22,637 nt of DNA from a virus (IMGVR_UViG_3300028888_000071:1-22637); one strand, 5' to 3'; positions 8,319 to 16,723 are shown, numbered from the stretch's first letter. Numbers and translations: made by a program. Notes: a model not told the origin generated them from the letters alone.

Positions 8319-8891
8319 ATGATAGAAATACTGACACTGAAGCTTGCGATTGACTTGTTCGATCATCTGAAGACATACCGGATGGAACTGTCTATGGTGC
8401 AAGTGTATCTTTACAAAAAGCGCACGAACACCTACCAGTACTTCACATTCCATTCGTATGACGAGCTTTGGGATTTCTATTACAACAGGTACGCGCCGTT
8501 TGACTTGTGCGAATACTTTGGCGACATATGGATGGTGAACAAGTTCATTGTCACCACAGAACTTGACACATCTTACATGATGTCGGTAGCTGCATTTGAC
8601 GTGAGTGGTTCGCACCCGTGGGTGCATGAATACATCGAATACGACACTGACCGGAACGGGGTGTGGTCGACATCAATGGAACGGCAGAAAGAACTAGTGC
8701 AGAGCATTGTCGATGAGTACAATGTGTATTATAGAGAACTTTATGAAATCTATCTGCACGGAGTGTATTCAGTGTGCTATGCTGAACCTGGATGGACTAC
8801 ACACACTTATAGATTACAGAGTTATCGTGACTTGCTGTTCACACCACAGACGAACCAATTAGCTGGCTATGCTGGCATAAACATAGATTAA
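8319..8891 (+). CDS. Hypothetical protein (~190 aa, aromatic-rich)
   Basis: The start is reassigned to the in-frame ATG 8319 (MIEILTL) just after the late promoter. The stop lies 1 nt before the next start. Confidence 0.7.
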   Translation: MIEILTLKLAIDLFDHLKTYRMELSMVQVYLYKKRTNTYQYFTFHSYDELWDFYYNRYAPFDLCEYFGDIWMVNKFIVTTELDTSYMMSVAAFDVSGSHPWVHEYIEYDTDRNGVWSTSMERQKELVQSIVDEYNVYYRELYEIYLHGVYSVCYAEPGWTTHTYRLQSYRDLLFTPQTNQLAGYAGINID

Positions 8892-8892
8892 A

Positions 8893-9258
8893 ATGGGCAG
8901 AAAAAGAAGTAGCAATTACATCGATCCAAAAGAGTTTTACGATGAAATGGTGATTTCATTAGAAAAAGATGAACTGACACCAAAAGCGATAGAATTCTGC
9001 AGACTTCTCATTGAACGAGTCAGCAGATGCAACCACTATGATTCTCCTGAAGATGCTGAAGACTGCAAGTCACATGCAATGTTCAACATACTAAGATATT
9101 GGAGAAACTTCAACCCTGAGAAATATGACAACCCGTTCAATTATTTCACAAGCTATGCTTGGACAGGGCTTGCTCAGGGATGGAACACTCTGCATCCAGA
9201 AAAAGAAAGAGACTTTGTCAAGATTCCAATTCAGAACTTTGATGAAACGCAAAAATAA
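8893..9258 (+). CDS. gp55: Late-transcription sigma factor (T4 gp55-like), compact
   Basis: The N-terminal NYID and the segment WRNFNPEKYDNPFNYFT match the gp55 hallmarks NYVNNK and HNFDETKYKNPHAYIT. TATAAATA boxes elsewhere in the window support the call. Confidence 0.85.
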   Translation: MGRKRSSNYIDPKEFYDEMVISLEKDELTPKAIEFCRLLIERVSRCNHYDSPEDAEDCKSHAMFNILRYWRNFNPEKYDNPFNYFTSYAWTGLAQGWNTLHPEKERDFVKIPIQNFDETQK

Positions 9259-9262
9259 AAAC

Positions 9263-9733
9263 ATGAACATCATTAAGTCATATGATGAATTTGTCAATGA
9301 AGACACAATGAGTCCAACTAAAGATGAACATAAGCTGGACAGAGTTGTGCTCGGAAAAGAAAATATTGGCGGCGCTTACTGCTGCACAAACATAGGTGTC
9401 GCTGACATGTTTTTGTATATAATGCCAAAGCTAAAAGAATGTTTTGACAGTGAAATACTGCAGCTATCAAATAGTCCAAAATATTCAAATGAACTATCTC
9501 CCGCAGCAGTTAACTTTTATGGAAGTGATGGGAAGCTGATTGCGACTTATAACAGAGAAGTCATGATAAAAAGACCATTCAGATATGGCCCATTCCAAGA
9601 CAACATCAACTATATTGACACCATTATGCACAATGTGATAATTTTTGGTGATAGTTGTGATAAAGATTTGTTTGTTGATAAATGCAAAGATTTAAGCAAT
9701 GGCACAGTTGATTTCTATAAAAATTTTGGATGA
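9263..9733 (+). CDS. Hypothetical protein with a capsid-targeting-like N-terminus (possible internal head protein)
   Basis: The start is reassigned to ATG 9263, 4 nt after the gp55 stop. The N-terminus MNIIKSYDEFVNE resembles T4 IPIII MKTYQEFIAE. Confidence 0.65.
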   Translation: MNIIKSYDEFVNEDTMSPTKDEHKLDRVVLGKENIGGAYCCTNIGVADMFLYIMPKLKECFDSEILQLSNSPKYSNELSPAAVNFYGSDGKLIATYNREVMIKRPFRYGPFQDNINYIDTIMHNVIIFGDSCDKDLFVDKCKDLSNGTVDFYKNFG

Positions 9734-9753
9734 GATATTAAATAAAATGTAAA

Positions 9754-10248
9754 ATGAAAATACTCAAAACGAATAATTTCATTTCTGAACGGATGAAAAT
9801 CAAGCCAGTGACCAACGCAGAACTGGACAAAATAAAAAACGAAATAAACGATTTTAAAAAAATAGAGAATCCAACATTTGATGACATAAAAGAAGGCAGA
9901 GCTGTTTGCTTGAGAACAGGTAATGCAAAAACAATATACATTGTGTTTGATTCTACAAATTTATCAAATTTTATTAAGGCTGATGCCATAGAGCATCGTA
10001 TGCATATATTTGATAGACCATTGTTTTTTGCGAGATACGAGACAAGATTCAATGACATTGTTTATGACTATCCATATTGTTATGAAGAACGTTTCCCATA
10101 CAAAAATACAAAAATATCTGGATATGAATACCATTGTGAAATAGTTGGCATATATGATGCTAACATAAATACTACAAATATCCAATCTTTTCAAGATTTT
10201 AAAAATGAATGGTATTCAGTATGCAAAAAAATAGAAAACTATAAATAA
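9754..10248 (+). CDS. Hypothetical protein with an N-terminal ..FISE motif (possible internal head protein)
   Basis: 164-aa ORF beginning MKILKTNNFISE. It is AT-rich and followed by a terminator. Confidence 0.65.
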   Translation: MKILKTNNFISERMKIKPVTNAELDKIKNEINDFKKIENPTFDDIKEGRAVCLRTGNAKTIYIVFDSTNLSNFIKADAIEHRMHIFDRPLFFARYETRFNDIVYDYPYCYEERFPYKNTKISGYEYHCEIVGIYDANINTTNIQSFQDFKNEWYSVCKKIENYK

Positions 10249-10282
10249 AGTAAAAATAAAATTCACTTTACACAACACATTA

Positions 10283-10313
10283 AAAAAGCAGTTCAAAATC
10301 TGAGCTGCTTTTT
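10283..10313. terminator. Bidirectional rho-independent terminator
   Basis: The stem AAAAAGCAGTTCA / TGAGCTGCTTTTT (one G-U pair) lies between convergent genes. Confidence 0.85.
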
Positions 10314-10339
10314 CTTTATAATTAAATTAAAGACAATGA

Positions 10340-10969
10340 TTATTTGCTTTCACGTCCACAAACCAGTTCAGCGTATTTCGAGAAAACTAATCTGACTACA
10401 GATTCTGAATTGCCAAACATTGGATAATATTTGTCACAGCAAGCAAGTTCACTGAACACATCAAAGAAAGTTTTTTCTTGTTTAGTGAATTTCGTTTTGA
10501 AGAATCTCTTTATTTTGCCAAAAACATTGTTCTTGCAGTAAACAAGCAATCCATAAAGTTTCAACTTGTTTTCAAATGTGTCGAAGAACTCGCTTTCCAT
10601 TACTGCTTTTATATCTACATTTGCACCAGACACATTGTTCATTTCAATCAATGCCAGATAGAACATTCCTTTGTGTGTAAGCTCATATTGTATGACTTCA
10701 AAATCATCACATGTTTTCCCATAGGGAATATAGTTCTTGCAAGTCTCTTTTTTCGTGCAAGACTCACACGTGAGAATGGGCTCCCAGTCAGCGCATGTCA
10801 CTTTTCCTTTTTCATAGTTCTCGCAATTGTCTTTCTTTGTGCAGTCATCACATGTTGCTGCTTCTTCATCAAACATATAGTCATCACAATGCTTGAGAGT
10901 GTCTTCTTTTTCTAAACAGTGAAATCTGTTAGAACAGTTTCTACAATTGTTGTAAGCTGTTTGCTCCAT
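10340..10969 (-). CDS. Protein with three N-terminal Cys4 repeats (putative Zn or Fe-S binding)
   Basis: Three exact C-x2-C-x5-C-x9-C-x-D-[YWF] units occur at residues 9-31, 40-62 and 68-90. Confidence 0.75.
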   Translation of the reverse strand: MEQTAYNNCRNCSNRFHCLEKEDTLKHCDDYMFDEEAATCDDCTKKDNCENYEKGKVTCADWEPILTCESCTKKETCKNYIPYGKTCDDFEVIQYELTHKGMFYLALIEMNNVSGANVDIKAVMESEFFDTFENKLKLYGLLVYCKNNVFGKIKRFFKTKFTKQEKTFFDVFSELACCDKYYPMFGNSESVVRLVFSKYAELVCGRESK

Positions 10970-10989
10970 TTGAAATCGAATTTAAGTGG

Positions 10990-11583
10990 TTATTGTTTTT
11001 CTGTATAGCATTTGCCGCACATCGGCACATATGTCTCATCTCCGCCAATCAGCACCTGGTCGCCATCAGTTATCACTTTGTCCGTCGTCCTGTCATATCT
11101 CGCATTGATGATAGCTTTCCTTCCACAGAAAGGGCAGCTGAACTTCAGTTCTTCAATGCTGTCTGCGATTTCCATCAGTCTTTTTGAGCCTTCGAAGAAC
11201 CTTGTCTTGAAATCTGTCCTCAAGCCATAGCACATCACATTTATGTTGTTAGTGTAGCAAAGGCTCCGCAACTCATCGACTTGTGGTTCAGTCAAGAACT
11301 GGCATTCATCGACAAGAATCCATTTTGGTATAGTGTCTTCTTCAAGATACACACCCAAGTCTTGCATGATAATCGGAAATATCTTTGCGTCAGGAGCAAC
11401 GATGTGGCAGTCGCACTCAAGTCCCTCGACACGTGACTTTATCTTTCCAAAATCTCTTGTGTCTGTTGCTGGTTTCAAAACACACACGGGAAAGCCTGCT
11501 TTTTCAAATGCGAATTTCTGTGTGAGCATCATAGCACTTTTTGAGCTGCCCATCACACCATATCTGAAATAAAGTTTGCCCAT
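10990..11583 (-). CDS. tdk: Thymidine kinase (type II, TK1-like)
   Basis: P-loop YGVMGSSKS, Walker B ILVDECQF, YGLRTDF, zinc ligands CPFCG and PMCGKC, and lasso GGDETY. Confidence 0.95.
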   Translation of the reverse strand: MGKLYFRYGVMGSSKSAMMLTQKFAFEKAGFPVCVLKPATDTRDFGKIKSRVEGLECDCHIVAPDAKIFPIIMQDLGVYLEEDTIPKWILVDECQFLTEPQVDELRSLCYTNNINVMCYGLRTDFKTRFFEGSKRLMEIADSIEELKFSCPFCGRKAIINARYDRTTDKVITDGDQVLIGGDETYVPMCGKCYTEKQ

Positions 11584-11596
11584 TTGCTGTATGCTT

Positions 11597-11881
11597 TTAG
11601 TTATTTTCTAACAATTGCAGTAATGCAGCAAGTGATGCACCATCAAGACTTGAACCTCCAATCTGGATTGCGTTGCTGCTTATGCTCACGCCGCCGATGA
11701 CCGCGCTTTTTCCAAAGAAATCAACTGTCGTTGCATCACCGATCTGGTTGCTTGACACGAGATTGGAAATGTTGTTTATAGCGGTAGCCAATGTTCTGAA
11801 ATTGTTGTTTATGGTGACTCTTGAATTGTTCATGCTGTCTGTGCCAAGAATCTCCGTCACTGTTACACTAAAATTGCTCAT
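11597..11881 (-). CDS. Small probable virion (tail or baseplate-type) protein
   Basis: 94 aa with N-terminus VTEILGTDSMNNSRVTINNNF, which resembles starts I recall from large-phage tail-associated proteins. A late promoter lies 23 nt upstream. Confidence 0.55.
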   Translation of the reverse strand: MSNFSVTVTEILGTDSMNNSRVTINNNFRTLATAINNISNLVSSNQIGDATTVDFFGKSAVIGGVSISSNAIQIGGSSLDGASLAALLQLLENN

Positions 11882-11904
11882 ATTTGTTGTTATTTAGTTT
11901 GCAA

Positions 11905-11916
11905 TATTTATAAATA
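11905..11916. promoter_or_regulatory. Palindromic double late promoter TATTTATAAATA
   Basis: A perfect 12-bp palindrome gives TATAAATA on both strands (minus 11905-11912, plus 11909-11916). Confidence 0.7.
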
Positions 11917-11927
11917 AAGTAATTTTT

Positions 11928-12134
11928 CTATATATAATAAAATATTCTTTTTATTTTACTACTTGATGAGAAAAATCTGAAAAACTTTGAACACGAATCG
12001 TCCAAAGAAACTCTATACTTCAGTTTAGAGTTATTGTAATTATAATGCAGACATTTAGAATACTGTTTCTGATAAGTCAGAATTAAATCAGAAACATTTT
12101 GCTCACAAGTATATTTCAATTTAATTGTCTGCAT
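11928..12134 (-). pseudogene. TnpB-like (IS200/IS605-related) nuclease remnant, probable in-frame fusion of the N- and C-termini
   Basis: MQTIKLKY...YQKQYSKCLHYNYN follows the TnpB N-terminal strand-then-helix pattern ending in YN. It then jumps to NSKLKYRVSLD...KRIFYYI, which I recall as resembling the C-terminus of phage-borne TnpB-like proteins. No RuvC residues remain. Confidence 0.5.
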
Positions 12135-12194
12135 GTATTATTCTTTTATGTATTTAGATTTTGGAATATTCTTTTGTTGTTACAAATCTCATAT

Positions 12195-12212
12195 TATAAA
12201 TATTTATAAATA
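12195..12212. promoter_or_regulatory. Triple overlapping late promoter TATAAATATTTATAAATA
   Basis: TATAAATA occurs on plus at 12195-12202 and 12205-12212, and on minus at 12201-12208. It lies 36 nt upstream of ATG 12249. Confidence 0.7.
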
Positions 12213-12248
12213 GAATTTTCTGAATATAAAGAACATTAAATTTATAGT

Positions 12249-14087
12249 ATGGCGGACACTTATTTAGACATGTTCAACCCGTATTCTAACATATGGGAAG
12301 TTTCGGGAACCACCACGCCGATGTGGACTTGGAAGTACAGTCTTGACAAAAAAGGCCAGATCTATGCAGGCGACACATACGGTGTTCCAAGCGAAACTGA
12401 TAAAGACAAAGAAGAAGTCGTCAATTCCACTTCTTATGATGTGCGCACCCAGAAACTGTATGCGCCGTTCAGCCAGTTCTCGCGTTGGCAGATGCTAGAC
12501 TACTGTGGCATAAACGGCGTCATCTATAGTGGAGACAGACAAGTCGTGAACCGTTATTTCGACAATTCACTTGCTCGTTCTGGCGAATTGTGGTCGACTA
12601 TAGAGCCGTCATATGCAAACATCATTGACGTGTTCAAAGACATAAATGCTGGAAGATACAGGATACAGGACTTCATCTACAACAAGTATTTCAAGATGAT
12701 TCCGCCAAACTATCTAATCACACTGAGAAGATACGGCATGCCCTGCACAGACGCGCCGTTCACCCTTGCTTATCCTGAAGAACTGCATAAAGAAATAAAC
12801 TCTCGTTCTGCACTTGTTCCTATGGCGACTGCTACGACATACATGTCAGAACTTGCGGGAAACAAGATGGATGACATCCTCAAGTTCACTTGGGGACTCA
12901 ACTTCTCAGAAAAGACAAGTGAGATCCAGACAATATCATCAGGTACTCCAGGCGCTTCAAGTTTCGGCGTAGGACAATGGCTGTCTAATGCTGCGCAAGC
13001 TGCAGGCAATGGCAACTCGAATCTTGGCACAGCATTCAAAGGCGGTTTCGCGATGTCAGGCTTCAACTTCTTAGCAAGCACGAACCTCAACCCGCAGAAA
13101 GCTGCTGTTGCTGCTCAATACGCGTCAGTTGATCCGTGGGCAAAATATGGAAAATTCACACAAGGACCCGTTGACGTAATCATGAAGACGAAAATACGTG
13201 ACCAAGGCATCAACTTTTCTAATGACTTCAACTTGAAGTTCGAATATGAGCTGAAGTCATTGCAGTACGTCAACCCTAAAATCGCGATGTTAGACATCAT
13301 CGGAAACATGCTCACGATGTCGACAAACACTGGCACATTCTGGGGTGGCGCCACAAGATACTACGGGAATGGCGGCGGATACGGAAAGCAGCCAGGAGAC
13401 CTCGATGCTTTCGCAAAAGGCGACTATGCGACATATGCGAAAAGCCTCGTAGATCATGTGACGGACCAAGTGAAAGCGATGAATGGCGGCGGGTGGCCAA
13501 AAGATCTTGAAGACTGGATAAATCTGGCAAAACAGATATTCAAAGGCGGGCTCAACAACATGCTTGGGGGACTGATAAACGGAAACCTTGGCAAGCTCGG
13601 CTTCACTCAGCCAGCAAATGCTCTGCTCAATGATGAGCCAACTGGATACTGGCACGTTACAATCGGCAACCCGTTGAACCCAATCGTCATGATGGGCAAC
13701 ATGATCTGTTCAGACATGGAGATGACGATGGGCGAAGGACTCGGATATGACGACTTCCCCGTGAATGTCGCTTTCACGTGCAAGATATCTCACGGCAAGC
13801 CAAGAGACAGTGCTGGAATAGAAGCATTGTTCAACGCGGGCAAGGGAAGATACATGCACACGCCGTTCCTTGCTGAGATAAAAGACCTTCCACCTGAAAT
13901 GCAGCAAGAGATACAAGCAATCATGGAAAACATGAATCATGCTGACCCTATGAATGTCGACCGCAACCGTGGCTTGAAGAACACGACAGCAAACTATGGG
14001 ACAGGAAAGAAGTTCAGTGATCCCAAGACAAGTTTCCAGAAGAATCTGTACACTCAAATAGACAATGTCATTGCTTTGATAAGATAG
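12249..14087 (+). CDS. Probable baseplate or tail-tube junction protein (gp48/gp54-like, tentative)
   Basis: 612 aa with a late promoter and a Gly/Asn-rich middle. The segments FNLKFEYELKS..NPKIAMLDII and IVMMGNMICSDMEM..FPVNVAFTCKI resemble the two beta-rich blocks of tail-tube-fold baseplate proteins. Confidence 0.45.
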   Translation: MADTYLDMFNPYSNIWEVSGTTTPMWTWKYSLDKKGQIYAGDTYGVPSETDKDKEEVVNSTSYDVRTQKLYAPFSQFSRWQMLDYCGINGVIYSGDRQVVNRYFDNSLARSGELWSTIEPSYANIIDVFKDINAGRYRIQDFIYNKYFKMIPPNYLITLRRYGMPCTDAPFTLAYPEELHKEINSRSALVPMATATTYMSELAGNKMDDILKFTWGLNFSEKTSEIQTISSGTPGASSFGVGQWLSNAAQAAGNGNSNLGTAFKGGFAMSGFNFLASTNLNPQKAAVAAQYASVDPWAKYGKFTQGPVDVIMKTKIRDQGINFSNDFNLKFEYELKSLQYVNPKIAMLDIIGNMLTMSTNTGTFWGGATRYYGNGGGYGKQPGDLDAFAKGDYATYAKSLVDHVTDQVKAMNGGGWPKDLEDWINLAKQIFKGGLNNMLGGLINGNLGKLGFTQPANALLNDEPTGYWHVTIGNPLNPIVMMGNMICSDMEMTMGEGLGYDDFPVNVAFTCKISHGKPRDSAGIEALFNAGKGRYMHTPFLAEIKDLPPEMQQEIQAIMENMNHADPMNVDRNRGLKNTTANYGTGKKFSDPKTSFQKNLYTQIDNVIALIR

Positions 14088-14169
14088 CGGCATCATCATT
14101 CAACTGCAGACCACTTATAAAAATTCGAGCAGTTTTTATTATTTGATAATATAAACTGATTCATAAGAT

Positions 14170-15312
14170 ATGAAATATGCACTTGTTATAGATGGCCACA
14201 ATTTTCTGTTCAGATCATTGTATGTGCTGCCACAGAAGAAAAATGTGAAGCTCCTTTCTGATGATGAGTCAAAAGACTTGTTTGTGTCTAAACTGTCACA
14301 GAACATCAATTCTGTTTTGAGAGATTTGTCTTCTGTCGCAGACAGATGCATCATCACGCTTGACTCTCATTCGTGGCGCAATGAATTAGAATCTGACATT
14401 TCTTACAAAGGCACGAGACACCAGGAAGACACTATAGACTGGGATGGCTTTAGAGAATGCATAGACAGGTTTGTCGTTGACGTGGACAAATACAATGTAG
14501 TAGTGTCGAAGTCGAAGAACGCTGAAGCTGATGACTTGATTTTCATGTGGACGACTGCGTTGACATCAAAGAACATACCGGTGATAATCTACACCAGTGA
14601 CCGAGACATGCTGCAGCTTGTCAGCATAACACAGTCAAACTGTGATGTCGTGTTATGGTCCGAAGTGACAAAGAAAATATATGTGCCCGAAAACTTCGAC
14701 AGCCTGCAGACAAACGAGTCTGAATCGTTTGTCGAGTCATTCATGAAAGGCGCGAACATAGACATATACGACAGGTTCGTCAATATTGAGCAAAGTATCC
14801 GCAAACACAAACTTGAGAAAATAGAGACAGATAGCACGAAGTTCATATACACAAAAGTGCTTGTCGGTGACAAGTCAGACAATATATCTTCTGTTTATTC
14901 GTATGAGAAGAATGGCAGGACATTCAATGTGACTGAGGCAAAAGCTGAGAAAATACTAAACAAGTTTGTCGAAAAGACCGGCCCGCTCAATCCTGAATAT
15001 CTTTATATTGATGAGCCGCTTTCTACATTAGCTCAGACATGTGTTGAGGTTCTCAATGGAGCTGAATATGAGAGCGTTCTCAAAAACATAAAGAGAAACA
15101 TAAAATACATGGTGCTGTCTAAACAAGTGATACCCGAAGAAGTGTCAGAGAACATGATGAATGACATCAGAGCTCTCGCGAAAAACATGAAACGGATAAA
15201 CACAAACGCAATCGTCAAAAGCGATGAGCCTGTCGTGAAGATATCAGAGACTGTGCTGAAAGGAGTCGACACGGACTATTCATTCATCAAGAAACCAAAC
15301 ACTTTATTCTAA
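14170..15312 (+). CDS. rnh: 5'-3' exonuclease / T4 RNase H-like (FEN/PIN fold)
   Basis: Acidic motifs occur in the expected order: VIDGHN, LDSHSWR, YKGTR, EADDLI, SDRDMLQL and GDKSDNI. Confidence 0.92.
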   Translation: MKYALVIDGHNFLFRSLYVLPQKKNVKLLSDDESKDLFVSKLSQNINSVLRDLSSVADRCIITLDSHSWRNELESDISYKGTRHQEDTIDWDGFRECIDRFVVDVDKYNVVVSKSKNAEADDLIFMWTTALTSKNIPVIIYTSDRDMLQLVSITQSNCDVVLWSEVTKKIYVPENFDSLQTNESESFVESFMKGANIDIYDRFVNIEQSIRKHKLEKIETDSTKFIYTKVLVGDKSDNISSVYSYEKNGRTFNVTEAKAEKILNKFVEKTGPLNPEYLYIDEPLSTLAQTCVEVLNGAEYESVLKNIKRNIKYMVLSKQVIPEEVSENMMNDIRALAKNMKRINTNAIVKSDEPVVKISETVLKGVDTDYSFIKKPNTLF

Positions 15313-15758
15313 TGGAACTGTTTGACTTTATAAAAATCGTATTCAGCAAAAGTGACAAGAAGACCTGGAAGGAGATGTCATCTTATGAGAAATCAAGATT
15401 CCAGTTCATGTTAAACCGGTTCATGAGCATCAAGTATCCGGTGAATGCTAACCAGTTGAATCTGGTGAAGACGAATGGCTTGGGCGTAGCTGAGACTTGG
15501 AAAGGAGTCGCGGAAAGGTTCTATGGCGACCGTGTGCCAAGTTTCATATACACTAAAACCAGCAAGAACAAGAAAGCAGACTCACCGGTAGCGAAGATAC
15601 CGAAAGAAGCAATTGACTTGTGGTGCGAGAGACATGAATGTGGAGACAGAGAGTTCAATGAGATGCTTGAGTTGGATCAAGATGGCCTTCTTGAAGAACT
15701 GAAATACATTACCAAAAACTTCAACAAAAAAGAAAAAGATGGACAACAAGAAGAATGA
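15312..15758 (+). CDS. Probable clamp-loader small subunit (T4 gp62-like)
   Basis: MELFDFI...FMLNRFMS..ANQLN...PSFIYTK resembles the gp62-family pattern (MELKDWL..YIINRCLS..ANEMN..PWL). It is coupled to rnh by a TAATG overlap. Confidence 0.55.
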   Translation: MELFDFIKIVFSKSDKKTWKEMSSYEKSRFQFMLNRFMSIKYPVNANQLNLVKTNGLGVAETWKGVAERFYGDRVPSFIYTKTSKNKKADSPVAKIPKEAIDLWCERHECGDREFNEMLELDQDGLLEELKYITKNFNKKEKDGQQEE

Positions 15759-15990
15759 CATACCTACAAATGACATACTTACAGAAATTGCTGAACTGTT
15801 CATACTCATATACCGGATATTTGTGTTGTCACTGTTCCGGTCTATATGGTGGTGCGTGCCGGTATTAGCAATATGGAACAGAATCATAGTGAACCTCACT
15901 GGATTCGGACACATGAGATATTGGGAAGCTTATGTGATATGTTTGACAGTTATGATGATGCTGTCCACATTTGTTGGAAGAAAAAAGTGA
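15739..15990 (+). CDS. Small membrane protein (two hydrophobic segments)
   Basis: The hydrophobic stretches LFILIYRIFVLSLF..WWCVPVLAIW and YWEAYVICLTVMMML flank LTGFG. Confidence 0.65.
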   Translation: MDNKKNDIPTNDILTEIAELFILIYRIFVLSLFRSIWWCVPVLAIWNRIIVNLTGFGHMRYWEAYVICLTVMMMLSTFVGRKK

Positions 15991-15994
15991 AGAC

Positions 15995-16723
15995 ATGGGA
16001 AAGGGAATGACTAAAGAAGATGTCGCGAAACTTATGATGTCAGTGATAAATGTTTCAGTTGACTTGTATCCATATGACTATGAAACTGACAGCGCGTTTG
16101 TAGACATGGTGATGCCAGTCATAAATGAGCATGACACTTTGATGGAAAACAATGCTATCGTGTTTGACTTGTCTTACAACACGTTGCTGAGATGTATAGA
16201 TGACAAATATGGAATGGACAAATATGTCGCGAAATTCAAAAAAAAGTATGATGCGACGAAAGGCATTGGTCCATATTACAATGATCTTGTCGCAGAATAC
16301 TCATCACCAGAAATACTTGTCCTCTATGGCATGTTCCCGAGTATAGTGTACATCACGTTGTACATTCATTTGGACAAAGATGAACGCCCGCAGAGAGACA
16401 AGCTTGTTTCTATGCTGAGCATACCGGACATGAAAATAAAGACAGTGTCAGTGAAGTTGAGGGACTTGTGCTCACAGGAAATCGTGGACATAATCAACAA
16501 GTATGTGATTGCCAACACGAATTTCGACAACAATGTGATGTCAAAGAGAAACACATTCATGACGGACAAGATCTCTGACTTTTTTGGAGTCATCGAAACA
16601 ATGTGCCAAAGCATGGGTGATGATGAGCTTTATAGAGAACTATATTCGGTGTTCTCTTTTTTAGACATAGACGAGATAAAAGACAGCGCGATAATAATAA
16701 CGACAGACTGGCCAGTTTTGTGA
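15995..16723 (+). CDS. Hypothetical protein (~242 aa)
   Basis: Long ORF. The likely start is the in-frame ATG 15995, just after the previous stop. No motif recognised. Confidence 0.7.
   Translation: MGKGMTKEDVAKLMMSVINVSVDLYPYDYETDSAFVDMVMPVINEHDTLMENNAIVFDLSYNTLLRCIDDKYGMDKYVAKFKKKYDATKGIGPYYNDLVAEYSSPEILVLYGMFPSIVYITLYIHLDKDERPQRDKLVSMLSIPDMKIKTVSVKLRDLCSQEIVDIINKYVIANTNFDNNVMSKRNTFMTDKISDFFGVIETMCQSMGDDELYRELYSVFSFLDIDEIKDSAIIITTDWPVL

Larger units (their letters stand above)
11903..12212 (-). mobile_element. Miniature, internally deleted TnpB-like element bounded by 14-bp direct repeats
   Basis: AATATTTATAAATA occurs at 11903-11916 and 12199-12212. Between them is a 68-aa ORF with a TnpB-like N-terminus and two adjacent hairpins (11985-12007 and 12009-12032). 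Confidence 0.5.

Noticed and set aside
10240-10247. TATAAATA at the end of the 164-aa gene
   Set aside because: It overlaps the last codons (TAT AAA TAA) and points into a terminator and a convergent gene. It is probably incidental.
14102-14137. Possible terminator AACTGC..GCAGTT plus T tract after the 612-aa gene
   Set aside because: It has only a 6-bp stem with a ~21-nt loop, which is too weak to call.
15755-15868. 37-codon alternative ORF (MTYLQMTYLQ..) with a 15-bp tandem duplication at 15755-15784
   Set aside because: The overlapping 83-aa frame encodes a convincing membrane protein. The duplication is real but trivial (NDIPT/NDILT).
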